DNA of 63,998 nucleotides, filler included, from Octopus bimaculoides (Eukaryota), in assembly GCF_001194135.2 (NCBI RefSeq). It is 7 parts of 6 records of this genome, joined end to end, with 100 filler letters (N's around TTAATTAATTAA, not from the genome) between each part and the next. Parts side by side here need not be neighbours in the genome. Positions count along the whole stretch, not along the records: positions 31,272 to 50,453 come from NC_068993.1; 6 more parts are not named here. One strand, 5' to 3'. The position numbers and the translations under genes are program-made. Positions 36,126-49,345 of the stretch are shown piece after piece. Each line of letters begins with the position of its first letter. Within the stretch, counting starts at the first letter, position 1. The notes below the pieces were generated by a model. That model saw nothing but the letters and a program-made list of their open reading frames with translations, had not been told where the DNA came from and did no database searches.

Positions 36126-37699
36126 CGTGCATTTGTGTGGATAAGAAGCTGAGAGACGGAGTGTAAAAGAAAAATAGTGTTATATGTGTGAATGTGTATG
36201 AGTGTATGTAGGTGTGTGTGTGTGCGTGTATGTGTGCAAGATAGAAAGTAAAAGTGAAAGTATGTATGTGATTTAGGGAGAAAATATACGTGAAAAAGAG
36301 AAAGGGGGGAGAAAAAGGAAGGAAAGAAAGAAAGACAAGGAGAGAAAGAAAGAAAAAGAGAGAAAGAAAGACAGAAAGACAGAGGGAGACGGAGACAGAA
36401 AGGAAGAAAGCGAGAAAGAAAGCAAGGAAGAAAGAGGGAGTATTCGAGTGATACACAGAAGGTGTGAGAAATCGTTTCATAGTCAGAGAAAAAATATATC
36501 GTAAAGCAAAATGGCGGCTGCTGTGTCGTCTGCTCATTGAATTAGTGAATGTAAAGTAAATGTAAAAGTGAATTTAATGAGAATTTAAAGGAATGTGAAG
36601 GAATTTCAAGGAATTTCAGGGAATTTGAAGGAATTTATAGGAAGTGCATGTAAGAGAAGGAATAAAGAAGGGTTCTTACTAATTATTATAGTTGAAGGAA
36701 GAAATAATACGTTCCCTCTATCATTTACTGTTCATTATCGACTTGCTTTTGATATTAATTTTTTCTCTCTCACTCTCTCTTACGATTTGTACTTATTTAC
36801 TTTTTCTTTTCATCAACAAATTATATTTCTGACATATGATTCAACTGCTGTTGTTACTGTTGTTGTTGTTGCCATAGTTGTTGCAATTGTTGTTGAATGT
36901 GTTACTGTTGTTGTTTTTGCTATCATTTTGTATTGTTATATATCTTTACGGTACCTAGCTGCTGTTGTTAGTCTTTTGCTGCTACAGCTGCTGCAGCTCC
37001 TGTTCTTGTCGTTCTTGTTGTTGTTGTATCAGAAGTGGCGGTTGTTATTGATGTTGTTGTCTTCCTTATTGCTGTTGTTATATTATTGATAGTCACTCCT
37101 TGTTGTTGTTGCTGAATACTTTTACATATCTTGTTTGTTGTTTTGTTGTTGTTAAGATTAAAAACGCTATTTAAATATTGCTGTTGTTGTTGTTGTAGTT
37201 GTTGTTGCCGTTGATGTTATATTAAAATCCGCCCTCTACTTTTCCAATCCATCCATCATTTACTTCGTTCTGTTAAGTTTTGATGAAAAATCGCAGACAA
37301 GTTGCTTCAGAACGTTGGGAAATAAGACAAGACGGTTGCAGCGGTTGTGTTAACGGTGGAGAGAACGAATGAGGAAAAGGAAGGGAATGAAAGGAAAAAG
37401 GAGGAGTTAACAGAAGAGAAGAAAAGAAGAAAGCAAGAATGGAAGAAAGAATGGAAAGGCAGAGACACCGAGAGGTTAAATAAGGGAAGAAAACGCAACA
37501 GATCTGAAAGAATGAAAGAATGAAAGACAGAACAAAGAAGGCAAGGAAATAAAGAATCTAGTTCGCTCAGATTCAAGGTTACAGTCATAGAGATGGTTAC
37601 ACTCATGTAGTAGATTACATTCAATTACAAGTACACTCATACAGCTGATTTGACTCAGATTCAAGGTTACACCCAGACACGGTTGCGCTCCGACACAAA

Positions 37700-38015
37700 C
37701 CGGTACTCCGTCGTTTACGACGACGAGTGTTCCAGTTGATCCGATTAACAGAACAGCTTCCTCGTGAAATTAGCGTGCAAGTGACTGAGTGTTCTACGGA
37801 CACGCGTACCTTTAACGAAGTTCTCTGGAAGATCCAGCATGACACAGAGTGTGACAAGGCTAGTCCTTTGAAATAGAGGTACTCCTCATTTTGCCAGCTG
37901 AGTTGATTGGAGCAACGCGAAATTATACGTCTTGCTCAAGGACACAGTACGCTACCAACAATCAAACTCAGGACCTTATGACCTTGAACGAATGCCCTAA
38001 CCACTAAGCCATGCA
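37700..38015 (-). mobile_element. SINE family C
   Basis: Colinear with 33096-33412. Confidence 0.85.
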
Positions 38016-38280
38016 CGGAGTTAGATTCAAGATTACTGTCACACGCCAAGTTACACTTATGCATAATTACTTTTCACTGACAAGGCAAAAGATTACACAC
38101 ACACTTATGGCGACGCTCAGATACATGGTTGCATCATACATAAGGTAACACCCAAATACCAGCTTACTCTGAACTACGAGATTATATTTACATATTAGGT
38201 CACACTCAGATAGCTACACTCATAAACAAGTTTGCACTCAGGTTATTCTTAGACACTTATTTACATTGAAAGGAAATAGC

Positions 38281-38361
<81 letters not shown>

Positions 38362-38709
38362 TGGTAAACATTGGTTTACAAGGACAAAAATATTCATACC
38401 TGCGCATGGTGTTTCAATATCTGATGCCAAGACCTGCGTTGTAGGATGTAGATTCTTGTACACGACTAACAGAATTCAACAGAATCTGGAGCTGAAATTC
38501 TTAGAGTAATTTTCCCCTCAGTGGTGGAGATGGAATTTCTGAATTCCTGGAGTAAATTTAGAAAATCTAATGGAGGAAATTGTTTTTATGTTGAAAAATT
38601 CTTTATCATTATTTACACAATTTTCGCTTGATTTATTTCCTTTAATGTTGATTTTTAAGGATGCTAACGGTAAATCAATATAAAGCTGTTAACATTATGT
38701 AATAATTTA

Positions 38710-38920
38710 AGGCGGTTTGTTGGCAGAATCGTTAGCACGCCGGGCAAAATGCATAACGGCATTTCGTCCGTCTTTACGCTCTGAGTTCAAATTTCGCTGA
38801 GGTTGACTTTGCCTTTCATCCTTTCGGTATTAAATAAATACCAGTTGAGTACTAGAGTCGATGTAATCAACTTATCCATACCTCCGAAATTGCTGGCCCT
38901 GTGCCAAAATTTGAAGCCAA
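38710..38920 (+). mobile_element. SINE family A, full length
   Basis: AAGGCGG..TGGCAGAATCGTTAGCACGCCGGGC..GAGTTCAAATTTC..GGCCCTGTGCCAAAATTTGAA. Confidence 0.9.
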
Positions 38921-39179
38921 TATTATGTTATAATTTGTTTTGCATGATTCTTGATGAAAACTATTGTGTTGAAACAGATTTTGCGGTTTCTTGGGAGGGT
39001 CATGGCATCATTAATAACCACATACACTGGTTCGATCGAGTGATTAAGCAAGAAATCGATTAGTCACTTGGTTAAGTAATGACTTTCTCAAGAGAGAACA
39101 AAATTGTGCAATAGTCTGTGTTGTATGCAAGACTACATTTTACTTTTTGTAGTGGTCAGAAAATCGGGATGCTGGCATT

Positions 39180-39485
39180 CTGTCGGTTACGATGACCAGT
39201 GTTCCAGTTGAACTGATCAACGGAAACAGCTTCCTCGTGAAATTAACGTGCAAGTGGCTGAGTACTCCACAGACACGTATACCCTTAACGTAGTTCTCGG
39301 GGAGATTCAGCGTGACGCAGAATGCGACAAGATTGGCCCTTAGAATTACAGGTACTGCTAATTTTCGCCAGCTGAATAGATTGGAGCAACGTGAAATAAA
39401 GTGCCTTGCTTAAGGAGACGCCGGGTATTGAACTCACGACCTTATGATTGTTTAGTCGAATACCCTAATCACCAAACCACGCGTC
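39180..39485 (-). mobile_element. SINE family C
   Basis: Colinear with 33096-33412. Confidence 0.85.
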
Positions 39486-40272
39486 TTCGGAACGACAAAG
39501 TGATGAAAGGAGGAATAGAAGAATAAAGGATTGAGTAACACAGCAAGAGACTGTTGTAAGATCTGTTTTCAAATACCGCATTCAGAAGCGCTTCTTGTAA
39601 GTCTCGCCGTTGGAGATGCAGTGAACCAATGATTGACTTGCTGGAACCCTCCGACCAACGAGACGTTTATTTAACAAATGCATAGCATAAAGAAGTTAGA
39701 AAGATAAATAGACATATAGATAGGTAGACAGGGAAATAGAGAGATAGGTAAACAAATAGAAAAATAAGTCGATAATAGATAGATAATAGAACATTTGAGA
39801 GACAGACAGGTATCTACTTAACTGTGTATAATCATTTGGTAGCGAAGCGTATATACATAAAGTCAGACATTTTAAAAAGGTAATGCTTTTAACCTAAGCT
39901 GTCTTCCAGAATATTTCTAACATTTTCTGTTTAAGTAGATAAACATGGAAGAAGACAGATTCATTTCTGGCCGGTAAAGACTTTTACAGCCGACAATGTG
40001 TTTCATTATTGGAGGGAAGCGAGTGTCAGTCAAGCTGACAGTGTAGTCTGTTCGAAGGAAGAGGGTGTCAGACAAGAGGAAACTTTCAGCCAAGCGTAAA
40101 TAACATTAAGGATCAGGTAGAAAGAAAAACAAACTAGAAACTGGATGCTAGGAAAAACAGTTTTGTTTCTTTCGTGTACGAGTGATCATGATGAAATATT
40201 GATTAGGGGGTGAATGTGTATTTTGTGATAGGTGAGACTTGTAGAACATAAAGTGACATAAAGGTGTCAGTA

Positions 40273-40380
40273 AAGAAGAAGAAGAAGAAGAAGAAGAAGA
40301 AGAAGAAGAAGAAGAAGAAGAAGAAGAAGAAGAAGAAGAAGAAGAAGAAGAAGAAGAAGAAGAAGAAGAAGAAGAAGAAG
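40273..40380. repeat. (GAA)n microsatellite
   Basis: Direct reading; about 36 perfect units. Confidence 0.95.
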
Positions 40381-40724
40381 ATCTCTAGGATATTGGGGAT
40401 GGGGAAGAGGGATTGTTGTAAAATAACTTAACAACAGAATCAATATTTTTAGTGCTTTATCTGTAGTAACCTCTTTAGCTGGAGTCATTGACGCCATTGT
40501 TTAACCCCGAGTCGACTCTGATCGAGTAGATCTATATGATCAAAGACATTACAACTGTAACCGACTTGTCCTTTGTTCAGTATCTCTGGAACTACATTAT
40601 CTCACGTATCCTTCCTGGTTTAAGGCAGCAGTATGATCTGAAGAAGGATTAGTTGTTATTTCTTGCAAGACGAGCAACCACTTGGAGGCTGCTCCATTGG
40701 TTCTTTGCTGGAAGGCTAAGTGCA

Positions 40725-41082
40725 CATGTACTAAGTAGCTGCGATATTCTTCGCGAATCAAAAAATCTGATGCGTTGCACTTTGGGCAAGTGTCTTTTAT
40801 TATAGCCCAGGGCCAACCAATGGCTTGAGTGAATTTGGCTGACAGAAACTGTGTGCAAACCTGTCGTATATGTATGTCTTTGCGTTTGTGTTTGTCCACT
40901 CATCACTTGATGACCGGTGTTGATTTGTTCACGTGTCGGTCACTTAAGGATTCGGTACAAGCCTCCGATAGAAAAAGTACTAAACTTTAGAAAAAAATAT
41001 TCACCGGGGCCGATCTGTTTGACTAAATCTTTCAAGGCGGTGATCCAGTATGGCCGCAGTCCAACGACTGAAACAAGTAAAC
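40725..41082 (+). mobile_element. SINE family B, diverged
   Basis: TTGGGCAAGTGTCTTTTATTATAGCCCAGGGCC...GGCGGTGATCCAGTATGGCCGCAGTCCAACGACTGAAACAAGTAAA. Confidence 0.8.
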
Positions 41083-42120
41083 TATGAAAAATACTGAACC
41101 TTACTAATTCACAGTAAACCTAAGTCTTGTTGCAGCATATCGTTTCTTTGGATGAGAATTGCTTAACAATAATACACGTTCTGGGCAACGGCCATACACA
41201 AACCAGTTTCCACAGTAATTTCCAGCGCGTTTTCCAAAACTTATGGCAACTGTATGGTGGTTTGTAAAAAATACAATCCACGAGTTTATTTCGCAGCAGG
41301 GGAACCTAATCACTGTACATCCCATTCTGGCAGGAAATCAAAAACAAAACAAAACCAAAAAAAAAAAAAAAAAACGAAAAACAAAAAAAAACAAAAACAC
41401 TCCAAACAAACAGACAACCCCATCCCCTGAAATCAAAACAATCGAGACTGCTCCGCAGATATGGACCAGTTGACAACGTTCGACCACATTTTACTCAAAT
41501 CACTTTTCGGGAAAGAATTAAACGTGCTAGGTGTCGTATCATACTGTGTCTATCAAAAGGTCACCCTGCTGTCCCTAAATAACCTTGGTCAGCTTCTATG
41601 CAATGCTCGCCTAATTTGCATAACAATGACATCACTGCTATGACTTTCTTTTAAAGCTGAAGCCGCCCCATCTATTGTTCCTTGTCGTAAGTGACCCTTA
41701 CTGGTCAATGTTGTCAGCGACGTGAGAAGTTCTTTCATTTATTAATGATACTACACCAGGGTTTGTAATTTTGTTGCATTCGTATTACTCTGCTGACATC
41801 TTCCTAACAAATTAACACCGTTTCAAACACTTGGAACTGTTTATACGCAATAAAAGATACGAATCAAGAAGCCGCAGCTGAAACATTTGACAAGTTCATA
41901 ATCTTAAAAGACGAAGGTATGTTAATCTAGGAATATCTAATTTAATATCACGTTGACAAAAGTCAATTTAATATAATGGCGCTGTATTTTGATTAAATAA
42001 ATTTACTTTATCTCGTTTATAATGTGTTTACTTTTTCTCTTAAAAACAACATTTCATGCGGTGCACTTTAATAAAATATATGCGATGTAATAATGTCAAG
42101 TGTGGCTGGCGATCAATAAT

Positions 42121-42548
42121 GGGTGATATAAAAATCTAACTTGGCTTTCCTGAATTACCGAAACGAAAAATAAATGCTTCAAAATGTGCAAATGCTTTAA
42201 AATAAGTAAAGCACATCATGCACAATGTGATACAGTATGTAGTTGGTGTTAGTCCACAAATACCGTAAAATGAACCTATCGTATAAATCCCAACACGTTG
42301 TGTAGATTGTAATAAGTCATATTTTCTCAAGATGGAGTAAGGACCAGAAGCAGGAGGAAAACAATAATATTGCATTATGGGGCATAGGAACTACCGGAAT
42401 TTCCGATGTTCAAAATAGAGAACTCCGAAGTTGTTTGGAAAAAAAAAAGTTTAAAGATTTAGAGATGGGTTAATAGTTTATCTATTTTTGAAGCAGTCAT
42501 TTGTTCGTTTCGGTAATTTAGGAAAGTCACTAAGATTTTTACATTCCC
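42121..42548. mobile_element. MITE-like element with imperfect terminal inverted repeats of about 60 bp
   Basis: Left GGGTGATATAAAAATCT..GCTTTCCTGAATTACCGAAACGAAAAAT..TGCTTCAAAA versus right TTTTGAAGCA..TTTGTTCGTTTCGGTAATTTAGGAAAGTC..AGATTTTTACATTCCC. Confidence 0.7.
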
Positions 42549-43789
42549 TTTTATTTCTCGCCTTCCTTACTAATCACTGTAACACTTCATCTTTCAACTC
42601 TTTCCAAACAGAAGTTCTTCCTACAAACAAAAGTTTCAACCTGTGACTTTCGTGTGTTATAGTATTGGTAGTGTATCGGCCACCTTTAAATCGGTAGTAA
42701 TTTGAGTAATGTTAAGCTGTTATTTCTAGCAGATCGAGCGAACCCGTGGAGGCTGCCTTGCTGTTGTTGTTGTTTAGCTCCGCATCAGTTCTGTTGGAGC
42801 CGATCAACGATCAAAGACATTCCAGCCGTGACTATAATTTTTTTTCAGATATGTTTCGTTATTTTTCTTTACTCAGTGCGACACTGTTCCAGACGCCATC
42901 ACAAAGAAAATAATACGTCACTCCCGAAATACATTTGGAAAAAACAAAAACAAAAAAATCTATTGGGTTCACTCCACTCTCATCTCAAGGTATATCTTCA
43001 TCTGTAGCGATTCAAAACAGTTAAATTCACGTTTGACTGAGAAATATATCACACACCACGTTACATCAATATTAAATAGAAAGACAAAGATAGTCTCGAC
43101 TTACTGGCATAGTATAAAAGTTTTGCTATCTTTTTAGGTGGTGACAGACAAAATATTTATGACAATCCACACCACATGACACGCCAACGAAGTGAATTTT
43201 GCCAAAGGAACTATGAGACAATCGACTGTAGAACGAAGAGTTTGAATTCCTGAATATTAGCATAAAACCAAAGTTCATAAAAAGTGCCATCTTCGGTCAA
43301 AGATCGAAGACTGTTTATAGAAAGATATTGTGATTGCATTTTCATACTTTCAATTCTTAATTGAGAATGTGATTTGAATTTTTCCTAGCGTTAATATTAT
43401 ATAGTTAAAATCATTTACAAGTCATATCATTTTCTCCTTCCGCTGCCTTTCATCCAGTAGAACAGGTTACCACTTTTTTTTTTCTTTTTGAGGTGGTGGT
43501 GGTGTCAGAATATCTACTTGGAAGAAACATTTCTACTGTCTAGCAGGTATTGGTTTCATCCTTATCAAACAAAAATACCTCAACCATTTAAATGAACTCA
43601 CCCGGTGAGAAATAGCTTGATGAAGGAGAGTAGTGTTGTTTAGTCTATCTCATTTCACTTTTCCTCTACGCCTAAACTTATACATAACTTCAGACAACTT
43701 GACTTTGACATAAATTTACTAACAATATAAATATTGTACTGGAGCTGTAACGATGATACAGACAGACATCTAAAAGTGCGTCTACATAT

Positions 43790-43997
43790 TGTAAGCACAA
43801 GGCATGAACTTTTGTGGGAGGGAGGTAATCGATTACATTGACCCCCCAGTATTCAGCTGGTACTTATTTTATTGACTCCGAAAGAATAAAAGGCAAAGTC
43901 GACCTCGATGGGATTTGAACTCAGAATGTAAAAACAGACGAAATGCTGCTAAGCATTTTGTCCGGCGTGCTAACGTTTCTGCCAGCTCGCCACCTTG
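43790..43997 (-). mobile_element. SINE family A
   Basis: Reverse complement of the family A consensus. Confidence 0.85.
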
Positions 43998-44045
43998 TAA
44001 TGGAGAAAAATAATAATAATATAAAATACTTTAAATAGATTTAAG

Positions 44046-44460
44046 ACAATAAGGCAGCTAATTGTACTGGAATTAGCTGCGCACTGGGAGGAGGGGATGG
44101 AGGAGGCGCGCGAGACAGGAAGAGAAACATGTACCAGTAATTGGTGGAGGAGTATCGCAGTATTGAGCAGGGGGAAGCAATGGATGTTGTCGGAGCAAAA
44201 AGTGTTGAAGTCGAGGGTTTGCAAGTCGTTCTCTGGGGGTAAGGCCTATGGAACCCCGAGCGTTACTGAAACAAGCAGAAGAAGAAGCATCAAGAACAAC
44301 GTAGAGGTTGCTGAGAAATCTTCTAGATGGCTGTGGGTGAAAAGAGGTGAGGGGTAGGAACCAGTAGAATGCCGCTTGGATACAGGACTATGCTTGACCA
44401 GCCTAGGGTACTGTAAGGTCCAAAACATCCAGAGTGCAGAACCGACGATGTGGTCAAGAA
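44046..44460 (+). mobile_element. HERO (R2-Hero)-like non-LTR 3' fragment (RLE C-terminus plus 3' UTR)
   Basis: RQLIVLELAAHWEEGMEEARE..YQ*LVEEYR..RRRSIKNNVEVAEKSSRWLWVKR resembles the HERO-type LELTVPWEE...AEKASRWLWLKR motif (from recall). Confidence 0.7.
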
Positions 44461-44574
44461 TTGCATTTGTAGAACTTTATCTTTTTTTTTTCTCTTTTGG
44501 TTACAAAGTTTTAACTATGAGAACTCTCTGCTACTTGAGACAAACTATTCTTTTCTTCTTCCTTTTCTTCTTTT

Positions 44575-44760
44575 ACTTGTCTTAGTCATTAGACTGTGGC
44601 CATGCTGGGGCGCTGCCTTTAAGAGCTTTAGTCGAACGATTGAACCCCAGTACTTTTTCTTTTAAGCCTGGTAATATTATATCGGTCGTTCGTGCCGGAC
44701 CGCTAAGTTACGAGGACGTAAAGACATCAACACCGGTTGTCAAGCAGTGGACACACACAC
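44575..44760 (-). mobile_element. SINE family B 3' half
   Basis: ACTGTGGCCATGCTGGGGCGCTGCC..TTAGTCGAACG..CCGCTAAGTTACGAGGACGTAAA. Confidence 0.75.
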
Positions 44761-44855
44761 ACACACATACATGAGTGGTGCTGGTTTTAAGGGTCTCGCG
44801 AAAGGCCTGGTTGGAGTTCTTTTACAAGGACCGCTGCAATGAGTATGAACCTGGA

Positions 44856-45075
44856 GGCGGCGAGCAGGCAGAGTGGTTAGCACGCCGGGCGAAATGCTTA
44901 GCGGTATTTCGTCTGTCTTTACGTTCTGAGTTCAAATTCCGCCGAGGTCGACTTTGCCTTTCATCCTTTCGGGGTCGATAAATTAAGTACCAGTTGCATA
45001 CTGGAGTCGATCTAATCGACTGGCCCCCTCCCCACCAAAAATTTCGGGCCTTGTGCCTAGGGTAGAAAAGAATGA
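44856..45075 (+). mobile_element. SINE family A, well preserved
   Basis: GGCGGCGAGCAGGCAGAGTGGTTAGCACGCCGGGCGAAATGCTTAGCGGTATTTCGTCTGTCTTTACGTTCTGAGTTCAAATTCCGCCGAGGTCGACTTTGCCTTTCATCCTTTCGGGGTCGATAAATTAAGTACCAG. Confidence 0.9.
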
Positions 45076-45380
45076 GAATGAATCTGAGAGGAAAATACGT
45101 AGAATAAAATCATAATCAACTGATCCTCCTGTATTTTCTTTTACCCAAAGCNNNNNNNNNNNNNNNNNNNNNNNNNNNNNNNNNNNNNNNNNNNNNNNNN
45201 NNNNNNNATGCTTCGTTGTACTTGGTTACTTTTGAAGAAATATTATTTCTTATTTCAGTTTCTCGTCGTCGCCGTCAACATCAACATCACCATCACCATC
45301 ACCGCTGCTACAACCGTCATCATCATCATCAATATAAATATTGGAAGCAGCAGCAACAGTTTTACTACTACTACTACTAC

Positions 45381-45419
<39 letters not shown>

Positions 45420-45509
45420 ACCTAATCTATACTCGAGATTATTCGTCACATCTGTTCTTGACTGAATCAGCGTACATACACACCACACACAGTCATATTT
45501 TCTCTATCT

Positions 45510-45554
<45 letters not shown>

Positions 45555-45689
45555 GCACATAACCTTACATGTGCACACACGCTATCTCATTCACTTTCTC
45601 TCTCTCTCTCTCTCTCTTTCACTCTCTCTTTCTCTCTCGTACACATGTACATTTTCTCATGCGTACACATACCGGCACAAACACAACTT

Positions 45690-45772
<83 letters not shown>

Positions 45773-48619
45773 AACGATTGCTATACCCTGGAGGAAAGGA
45801 CTTGCCTACATCAGGAAAAAGGGAAATACGGAGCTTGGATAGCTGGAAGGGTGGATTGGGGTAGATAAACAGATGCCATATTGATTTTTCGGGATTTGAG
45901 AAAGAATTACTTTCTTTTCGCTTCGAACGAGAATGCTTGAAGGCAGCACAACCTGATCTTGGTTTTCTGGAAGTTATCCTTCGTCACTGGACCGTAGGTC
46001 ATATGGAACAGAGCAGCCGATTGGTTCTCGCCCAGAGATTCTCTGAGAACATCGATGCTCTTTTGCGTCACTTGTTCTCTATAGAATGAATAGCATAGAA
46101 GCTCCTCCGAGCATAACTGGCTCTCCATCGGTTATGACGATGAGAGTTGAAGGTGATCCGACCAACAGAACGACCTCGTGAAATTAACGTGCAAGTGGCA
46201 GAGTACTCCACAGAGATACGTACCATTAGCGTAGTCCTTAGATTCAGCGGATTGCTCGAAGTTGTAGAAGACTGTCAACGGCTGACAGCATTCCAGATTT
46301 CATGTGCCAAGCCATGTTCTTCGCTTGACTGAAGACGGCAGTTCTGCTAGAGTAAAGATTTGAGAAAACGTGCCCGACAAAATGCGAACTCACCTTCTTA
46401 CTCTCCAGGATCGTGAGACCAGAGCTTACCGTATTTTTAAGGCGTTTTGGTTAAGAGTGCAAGAAACCTCCCTGAGCAAAGTACCACTGGTATTTATTTC
46501 ATCTGAGGATACTGAAGCAACGTTGAAGGACACAGCATGCCACCCAGTCTAAGATTCGAACCTACAGCCTAACGAACGTGAGCCCAACAACCTTATTCCT
46601 ACGTCACGTACCCCCACCTTTTTTTTAAGAATCTGTACAAATACAGTTTATAATTGTTGACGCTTTGAGTAACCTTCCAAGCTGTCGTGTTCTATATCGT
46701 TAACTAATCCAATTTAGAATACGAGAGCTGTTGCCTCACTGACATTATTGTTCAGTTGGTGGTCGCCTGGCAATTCTCTAGAAGCCATCACCGAGCTTTG
46801 CTATGACTTTGTTAATAGGAACTAGTAAAAGGTTTCTTTACACAAGAATGCAACACCAGCGTTGCCTTGACACAATTTTAAAAATTTCTCCCTCCTATCT
46901 CCTTTTTTCTCTCAGTTCACTGTAAAGTAATCAATTTGATGCAATTTCCAGTGATTTCTTATTACAATAACGATGTCCATAATGATGTCCTTTGGCACAA
47001 AGCTAGAAACAGTAACTAAGTCTTCAAATTATTGTCTATTCTCGATAAAAGGAAAGATCTCATTGGATAATGTGAATCTAAATAACATTGTCAGAATAAA
47101 GCACAAGATCGTAACACTTTTAGATCACAGACCTGTTGGATCGATGCTGACCTGGGGCTAAACAGCAACAATCATCATCGTCGTCAGCAATCACCATCAC
47201 ACCACTACCACCACATCCCATTCCCATCCCATCCTATCCCCATCCATACTACCGCCATCAGGATTTAAATTACTGGGGGATACAAACCCCCTGCAACGCT
47301 ACTAGCACCTTCACCACTACCACCATTGTTACCATTCCCCCACCATCATTACCAGTAAAACCGCTAGCAATATACCCACCACTACTACCAACACCACCAC
47401 CACTGCCACCTCCACCGCCACCGCCGCCGCCGTCACCGTCACCAATACCAGATGAATATGATTGATGTCAGACCCTGAATTAATCTCCATTAATCCATTA
47501 AAGATTCTAAGCTCCACTGCAAGGATTAATGATGAGTAATCTTTAAATGGCGTCGCTTATGAAAACCATTTAAATAACCAGAAATGGCCGACACCTTTGA
47601 AAAAATGTCGATCTCCTTTATTCTATGTATATTAAAAGAAACGGAATTTTTATAAGGAATCCTTTGTAGTTACTATTGTGATTTTTCCTGTTGCTGTTAT
47701 NNNNNNNNNNNNNNNNNNNNNNNNNNNNNNNNNNNNNNNNNNNNNNNNNNNNNNNNNNNNNNNNNNNNNNNNNNNNNNNNNNNNNNNNNNNNNNNNNNNN
47801 NNNNNNNNNNNNNNNNNNNNNNNNNNNNNNNNNNNNNNNNNNNNNNNNNNNNNNNNNNNNNNNNNNNNNNNNNNNNNNNNNNNNNNNNNNNNNNNNNNNN
47901 NNNNNNNNNNNNNNNNNNNNNNNNNNNNNNNNNNNNNNNNNNNNNNNNNNNNNNNNNNNNNNNNNNNNNNNNNNNNNNNNNNNNNNNNNNNNNNNNNNNN
48001 NNNNNNNNNNNNNGGGATGCCGCGCTACCTTTTTTAATTTACAAACACTCATTTTATCTCTTTAAATTCCTTCTCCTCTTCCTCCATTATTTCATCATCA
48101 TCCTCATTCTTATCTTCTGTTGCAGGAGAGTCATGTGTTATTCAATTAAGTCATGAGTTCAAATCACATCATTCTAAACTTTGTCTCTCATCCTTGTCTT
48201 TCGTAAGCACCAACCGAGTTCTGGAGCCAATTTAATAGATTGAACTCTGCGTATGGAACTTTTCGTTCTGTACATATGTTAGAATTCTTCTTCTTCTTCT
48301 TCTTCTTCTTCTTCTTCTTCTTCTTCTTCTTCTTCTTCTTCTTCTTCTTCTATCACATTTGAGCGCTCGCAAATTGGTCTTTTGTTTACTGTTTTCAAAA
48401 CCTTATGTTTTATATTGTAGCTAAATTAGCCAGTATTCTAAGAAACTGGACCGTTTTATTTTGCTGTGTTCCCTCAGGGATGAATTTGTTATTTTTTTTT
48501 TCTGCAACTCAACCATTTATTATCATTAAAAAAAGAATAGAAAGCATTGCATTGATATTTTCGACAAGACACCGGAGGGAGGGATGCATTATTTGGAACA
48601 AAAATCCTGGACGTTACTT

Positions 48620-48775
48620 TCTCAATCATAAGTTCAAATTCGGCGAGGTCGACTTTGCCATTCATCCTTTCAGGGTCGATAAATTAAGTACCAGTTACGT
48701 ACTGGGATCGATGTAATCGACTGACCCCCCACTCCCTTCAAATTTCGAGCCTTGTGCATAGAGTAGAAAAGATTA
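48620..48775 (+). mobile_element. SINE family A, 5'-truncated
   Basis: AGTTCAAATTCGGCGAGGTCGACTTTGCCATTCATCCTTTCAGGGTCGATAAATTAAGTACCAG. Confidence 0.8.
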
Positions 48776-49129
48776 TGCAACCACGAAAAATAGCTCCTTC
48801 CCGAGTCATAGACTCATAAAGACCGGTTTCCCGGTTTAAGTGGCGTATATATCCACCCCCACCGCTCCGGACGGGACGCCGGTATGTTGTAGGATTTCTC
48901 ATTTTGACCAACTGTAGCCCATCTTTTATACCAAGACAAATCAATGCACGTGATAACACTTCCAATCAATTAAGATCAGAAGCCATGAGAGCCACTGTCT
49001 GGTACTGCATTATTATTATTTTTATTATTGTTCAGTAGTTTTATTTTTATAACGTGCTTTCACTTCACTACCGAGCGCAGCTCTGTGTGCCTTCGGTGTG
49101 CTGTGGTTATCATTATTATTATTGTTATT

Positions 49130-49345
49130 TTTGGTTAGGGAGTTGCACTCACAATAGCAAGATCGTGGGTTCTGTTCCTGGACAGGGTGGTGCGTTGTGT
49201 TCTTGAGCAAAGCACTTCCTCTCACGTTACACTCCGACCACTTCGACACCTGACGCGTGGCGCACCGTGCATCTGTTCAGGCGATGTCAGCTGGATGGAG
49301 GGGGGTGAGCTAATGCACGGCACGAACATTTGATATCTAAAAACA
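49130..49345 (+). mobile_element. SINE with a family C-like head and core but a different 3' part
   Basis: TGGTTAGGGAG..GATCGTGGGTTCTGTTCC..GCGTTGTGTTCTTGAGCAAAGCACTT, then sequence not seen in the other family C copies. Confidence 0.55.

Noticed and set aside
36510-36540. AAAATGGCGGCT good-context start codon
   Set aside because: The ORF stops after 9 codons with no splice donor.
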